Below, piece after piece: positions 58,726 to 64,000 of a stretch of DNA of 64,000 nucleotides (position 1 is the stretch's first letter; every line of letters begins with the position of its first letter). The translations under genes were made by a program, and so were the position numbers. Under the pieces are notes generated by a model that worked only from the letters and a program-made list of their open reading frames with translations, ran no database searches and was not told the DNA's origin. The DNA is from Amphiscolops sp. MND2022 (lineage: Eukaryota). The stretch spans positions 31,188,001 to 31,252,000 of the forward strand of contig OZ076409.1 of assembly GCA_964187785.1 (NCBI GenBank), in the 5' to 3' direction.

Positions 58726-61700
58726 ATGGCAACACTGACGACCACGCCATCAACGTCTCGTCGAACGACACCAGCGAAAGTCCCATGCGGCCAAGGTTCG
58801 ATAACAATTTTTTTGTGATCAAGCTGTAACGTAATCAAGCTGTAACTTTTTTTTCACGGAAAAGTTTAATCTGACATATGGCATTCCTTTTAGGCACTTG
58901 TGAACATATGGCATTCCTTTTAGGCACTTGTGACGTTGTGGACAAGCTGTCCAACATCCTACGCCACCGCAAAGTCTGTCCCCGAATGCCACGAGAGCAG
59001 TTCAAGCTCATGGAGAGAACGTGCCAGCTCTGCGGCCAGATCATTTCCGCCAAAAAACTGCTGAAGAAGCACTACAATACAAAGTATTGTAAGGAGCAGC
59101 AAAAGCGGGAAGCAGAAGGCCTGCCTACCCGAATGTACCAGTACGGTTAGTCATTACAATGTATGTTAAAAATTGATCAACCTGTAACATTTGAAACTCA
59201 ATGATTTTGAAAAAAAAGTCTAGGTCTCAAACAAAAAGTGTGTTTTTATTCATGTAACTTCTATGTTACAGCAGCTGCAAAAGGCTTGACGCGGAGGCCT
59301 AACTTATGCTACGGCAGAGGTTGTGGCAAGTCATATGTTTACCCTTATGACTTGCGCGTGCACCTTTTGAAGAATCCTCAATGCCAGGAAGGAGCGAATG
59401 TGAGTGCCTGTCCTATTTTTTCTCTTTAAGAACACATGTTGAATGATTTGATTGACCATTTGATTCTCGAAACGCCGTGTTTTAAACGGTGACAATGTGA
59501 CTGGAACTCCGAATGAGTCATTTTATCGTGGCAACTGTTTAGGCTGCAGTATCTTTGGGCTCCGATTCGTCTACTAGTAGCAACACTGACGAGCGATTCA
59601 GGCCAGAAGATTTCAACCACATTCCTTCTGATGTGTTTGGGTCTGATGGATTTTTCAAGTTCGCGATGGAAGTGCCCCTCGACTACAAGTTTCCTGTAGC
59701 TCAATGGGAAGGCAACGTTGACGACCATGTCGTCAAATTCAATTCCCTGATGAGACACAGTGTGCCTCTGTTGTGGCGTGGAGGTGTCAACCATTGCCAT
59801 GGTTTGAAGCTGCCTCAAGTGGAAGAACTCGCTTTCACTGAAGTTGTCCAAGAGCTTCTAGTCCCCCAGAAGCTACAAGCAAGTGCAGCAACCATCAATG
59901 TCAAGTCGGCAAAACTTGGAGAAGTAAGTCTTTGGGAGAATTACTTTCAATTTGAAGCTTGTATTTTTCGTAAAATATCTGGAACAACTGCAAATTGATC
60001 CCTGGCGTGAGCTCATTTTCCAACTTGGACAAGTCTTTGGTAGAATTACTTTCAATTTCAAATTTTCAAGTAATGCTTCAAGTTGAAGCTTGTATTTTTC
60101 GTAAAATATCTGGAACAACTGCAATTTGATCCCTGTCGTGAGCTCATTCTCCAACTTGGGCAAGTTGAATTTGTCGAACAACTGCATTTGAACTATTCTA
60201 ACAATGAGAAAGTTGTCCGCCTTATTCCCGTCTTAGTCACTTTATGATCATTTCATTTCAGAGTCGTGACCTCAGTCTCGACGAGTTCAAGCAGGAGCTC
60301 ATCAACGCCGACAGAAGCAGCGTTTACTATCCTTTAAACGCTATAGACATCGCCATGCAGCCAAAGGTAAACAACATTGAATGAGCTCCTTTGATTTGAT
60401 GGAAAACGCAAATCCACTGAAAAACGACTTTTCTTTTTCTGTTTTTCCCCAACCCCCTGTTTGCTAGTAGTTGCGTACAAATTGGACTTTGAGGATTTTA
60501 TTCAACATAATGCACATTGTTTTGAAACAACTTCAACTTATATTGATTTTTTTGTCTTTTCAGTCCATCTACAGCGTGCCAACGATGATAAAAAAGTCGT
60601 CAGTGAACCACCTTGTGGACGAGCTGGTCAGTAAGTCAGCAGAACCGTTCTCAGTAGCGACTTCATACTACTTGCTGATCTCCAACGATGGTTGTCAAAC
60701 AACTTGGCACACGGACTTCAGTTCAACATCTGTCTTTTATACAATCTTGACTGGGTCCAAGACCTTCTTTCTGGTTGCGCCAACTGAAAACAACATGAAG
60801 TTGTTCAATGCCTGGTCCAAACAAGAATGCGACGACATGTAAGTTGAATTTTTTCACCAAGGAATTTCAGCTTTTGTGTTCATCTATTTTTGTATTTTTT
60901 GCATCATTTTGCATCACGGGCCATCATTTCCGTACGTGTTTTCATTGTATTTGCGAAATTTTCAATTTTCAATGCACTATATTGTTTTTGCATCGCCGAA
61001 TATTTTAAGAATAGTCGCTTAGAGTTCCAACAGTTTTCGTTTTAGGCCAACATTTTTTGGATGCCACAAAAGACTGGAGGGGGGTTGCCTCAGGGTTACT
61101 CTTAATCCGGGCGACGTTTTCGCCATGCCGTCTCAGTACATCCATACAGTCCTCACAAGTGGAGACTCTGTGGCAATAAGGACGAATTTCCTTTCAGAAG
61201 GTCATTCGAACCAGTTCATAAAGGCGATCATTGAAGAAGACTCCACCAGGGAGCATGAGAAGTTTCCGGGCATGTTGGAAATGCTAGCTATTTTGATGCT
61301 CAAAGCATCAGAGAGATGCATGATAACTCCGGACTTCCTTCGTCTTCACAGAGCCATTGAGAATCGATATCAAGAAAGTGAAGCTGTTGCTGTGAGTTGT
61401 ATTTTTTAGTTCACAATCGTTTAGAATCAAACTAAGTTATCGAATTAAGTATTTGTATAATGGAGCCGTGTTGTGACTCACAACAGGGACCGAAACTAAA
61501 ATTGGTAATCATCATGAATAATGTTGATGATGACGTTGTGGCTCACGACAGGGACCAAAATTAAAGGTAGTAATGATTACCAATTTTAATTTCGGTCCCT
61601 GTCGTGAGCCACAAGGTCATCATCAACATTATTTGTTGATGATCAACAAAGTTGATCAAATAGCTTGGTGAGTTATCACGAGTTTTGTTTCAGATTTGCC

Positions 61701-62325
61701 CCGAATTCAGCAAGGAGAGACTCGTTTACAATATTTGCTCGCGCAAAGACTTCGTAAACGATGTTTGTGTCAGCGCTTTCACGGAAACGGCCTCAAAAAG
61801 GGCATATCTTCTTTGCCCCAAGCCTTGCTTCAGAAGGAGGAACTGGTTTACAAACGAGGACGGCGTGAGGGTCCCGAAGGAAGCAATTTCTGAGGAGCGC
61901 CTCACTTTCTTTTGCCGAAGACCTGATGTTGACGAGCCGAATCGTGATATTTTAATCAGCTATGAGGAAGCCATCACGTATGTTCACCCGCGACCGTCAC
62001 AAACTGTCAGAGGTTTGCACAAAATGCCGAAAAGAAAAACCCTCGTTCAAGACCGTGGTAAGTTTGCTTATTTCAGTTACATCCTGGTTGTTTCGTCTTA
62101 ATATACATAGTGGTAATGTAAGTGATAATATTCAACTCAAAACTGGTCACCTGGTTGAACATCCGTAAGGCTTACATTTGATTTTCGTATTTCCTAAAAA
62201 GACTTCAAAATGAAATTAATGGAGTGGTAATCGAATTCAATGTTTTTGTTTCAGAATTCAGACCATCTACTGATCGTTACGTTGCTTCGATCATGAGCCA
62301 CCATGTCCCTGCATACAGCTTGTAG
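58726..62325 (+). CDS. Zinc-finger + JmjC histone demethylase-like protein (KDM2/KDM7-PHF8 type), 9 exons, ~653 aa
   Basis: Exons 58726-58795, 58924-59145, 59272-59399, 59543-59923, 60262-60366, 60564-60838, 61046-61391, 61694-62057 and 62255-62325 are all GT-AG, phase-consistent and stop-free. JmjC motifs are YLLIS..GCQTTWHTDFSSTSVFY...GSKTFFLVAPT..N and GDVFAMPSQYIHTVLT...TNFL. Three N-terminal C2HC-type fingers precede them. Confidence 0.9.
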
Positions 62326-62493
62326 TTGCGTACAGACTGAGTTGTGCTTAAAAAGTTCTCGATCATTGTTAACTTAACATGTAGAACTTTCTTGTCTCCG
62401 AGTTATTTGTTGTGCTCAGTAAGTTGTACACTGTGGCTCGGTATAAACTTGTAGCTTGAAAAACTGCTCTGGATTTTTCGAATGACCGTCAAC

Positions 62494-62853
62494 CAGGGGT
62501 GTTAAATATTGCATTGCAATACTATTGCAATACTAATAAAACAATCTTTTGTTATTCTGAATTTTGTTGAAACAATAATTGCAATTATTGTGTCTATGAA
62601 AAAGATTGTTTGAAAAACCAATCAAATCAATTTGTTGATCAAATTAACAACCGAAAATTGTTCGTTGATCATTATTAGTTTGACTGAAAAGTCCACCAAA
62701 TTGGAAGTATTTGGTACCCAACTCATGTCTCCGAATTCTTTCCTTATTGTGAAAAATCAACAATGTATTGTATTTGATAACGTTCTGAAAATAATTATTG
62801 TTTACAATTTTATTGCAATTATTGTGACCTAGAATAATTTTTTAACACCCCTG
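62494..62853. mobile_element. hAT-type MITE, 360 bp
   Basis: TIR CAGGGGTGTTAAA / TTTAACACCCCTG, with an exact 8-bp TSD CCGTCAAC at 62486-62493 and 62854-62861. Confidence 0.92.
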
Positions 62854-64000
62854 CCGTCAACAACCTGGTATTTTTTGTTCATAGCAAATTCAGCAAAACA
62901 TTCAGCAAATTATTACGGCAAAGTCCAATTACCTCATAGTCTAGTTAAAATCATTATTTTAACTAATAATTTCACGGTAAAAAAATTGTTGTTGACCATT
63001 ATTCAATTATTAGGTTACTATTCATTCAATAAGCTAATGTGTACAATTTACCTTCGATTTATAGTGCATTCAAAGTTTGTACAGCCTTGATCGTTTGTAA
63101 GTTTGTAATGTTCTGAATTGTATCAACTGTGTTTTGGACAATTACTGTCGGAAATGTCGAGTAGTTGTTCCCAAAAAAAGAGGGACATCTACCGTCGGAA
63201 ATATCGGGTGGTTGTTTTCAAAAAAAAATATCAAATACCGTCAAAATCAATCATTGATGGCCGCCGGAAATCATCGGGTCATCGGAAGGGAGTTTCCAAT
63301 TAACTTCGCCTTTGTGCTCCCTTGCATCGTATGTTTTCTCTTTCAGTACATGCCGAGTATGAATAATAGAAGCAAAAGCCTCTTTGTTAAGGAGAAAAAC
63401 AGTGTTTAAGGTTGTTTAAGAATAGAAAAACGGTCAAACGTCCCAATTCAGATTCAGTTGTCTGTAACTTTTTCAATTTTCGTCTGAAAAATTTCAAAGT
63501 TAAACTAATGTAAACTAGAAGAAAATTTAAGAATAGTTTCCTTCTGACAATTTTACAAATTTTCAATCGATTCCGAAAAAATCGAGCCTGAAAATGCTCG
63601 GGGGGTGTTTTCCTAATCACAGTACTAGAGCTCTCAACCAATGAAATGAACATGTGGGCATCAATTAGCCAGTGATATCTACTCGTTCGTTCCGCCGGCG
63701 GCTGCTGTTTTTCAAAAGTTGATAAAAGTACTTCAAGTTGACTCAAGTTTGTTATGTTTGCTATAGACCAAGACTCAAGTTATTTTACTTATTCTTGACT
63801 CAGCTCGGAGAAGCAACATAAATACAGGTGACCTTTTGATCCGTCGTGAGCAAATATAAAACAGAGTTGCTAAACCATATTTTAAGTTAAGTACCAGCTC
63901 TGAGAAACTGTCTCTGTTTTCAACCACAGTATCCTTCTTTTCTTAGGATGTGTTTTCAGAAAGAAAACAACTTTCATTGAATATTGTATTTTGAATACAA

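Noticed and set aside
55054..62325. RAG1-RAG2 (ProtoRAG) pair
   Set aside because: The neighbouring gene is co-directional and encodes JmjC, not a kelch/PHD RAG2-like protein. No RSS-like heptamer/nonamer TIRs were seen.

Overview
Repeat-rich eukaryotic (probably animal) DNA; the species cannot be identified from the sequence alone. 1-6183 is a mosaic of nested interspersed repeats: three copies of a composite unit with a tRNA-like B-box, a CATTACG-ended MITE and a hAT/CGGBP1-like transposase fragment. 6184-31490 is a ~25-kb array of a ~178-bp satellite with 4-, 8-, 5- and 2-monomer higher-order repeats and one internal inversion. 33270-34928 is a decayed Ty3/gypsy-like gag. The gag is cut at 34929 by a CACTA-like terminus, and a compact cluster of intron-containing genes follows. 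These are a Tudor/chromo-barrel gene (-), a degenerate tyrosine-recombinase-like + SET-domain gene (+), a RAG1/Transib/CMC-type DDE transposase with a C-terminal BRCT domain (+), and an intact 9-exon zinc-finger + KDM2/KDM7-type JmjC demethylase gene (+). The non-coding parts of this cluster carry ~20 copies of a 16-bp motif (GGTCCCTGTCGTGAGC). I infer a giant (>29 kb, right end not seen) DNA transposon carrying its own chromatin reader, writer and eraser. A second 5.9-kb TIR element sits in the Thr-codon tail of the SET gene and is flanked by perfect (TAC)n tracts of ~0.5 and ~2.7 kb. All domain calls come from motif recognition by eye; no searches were run.
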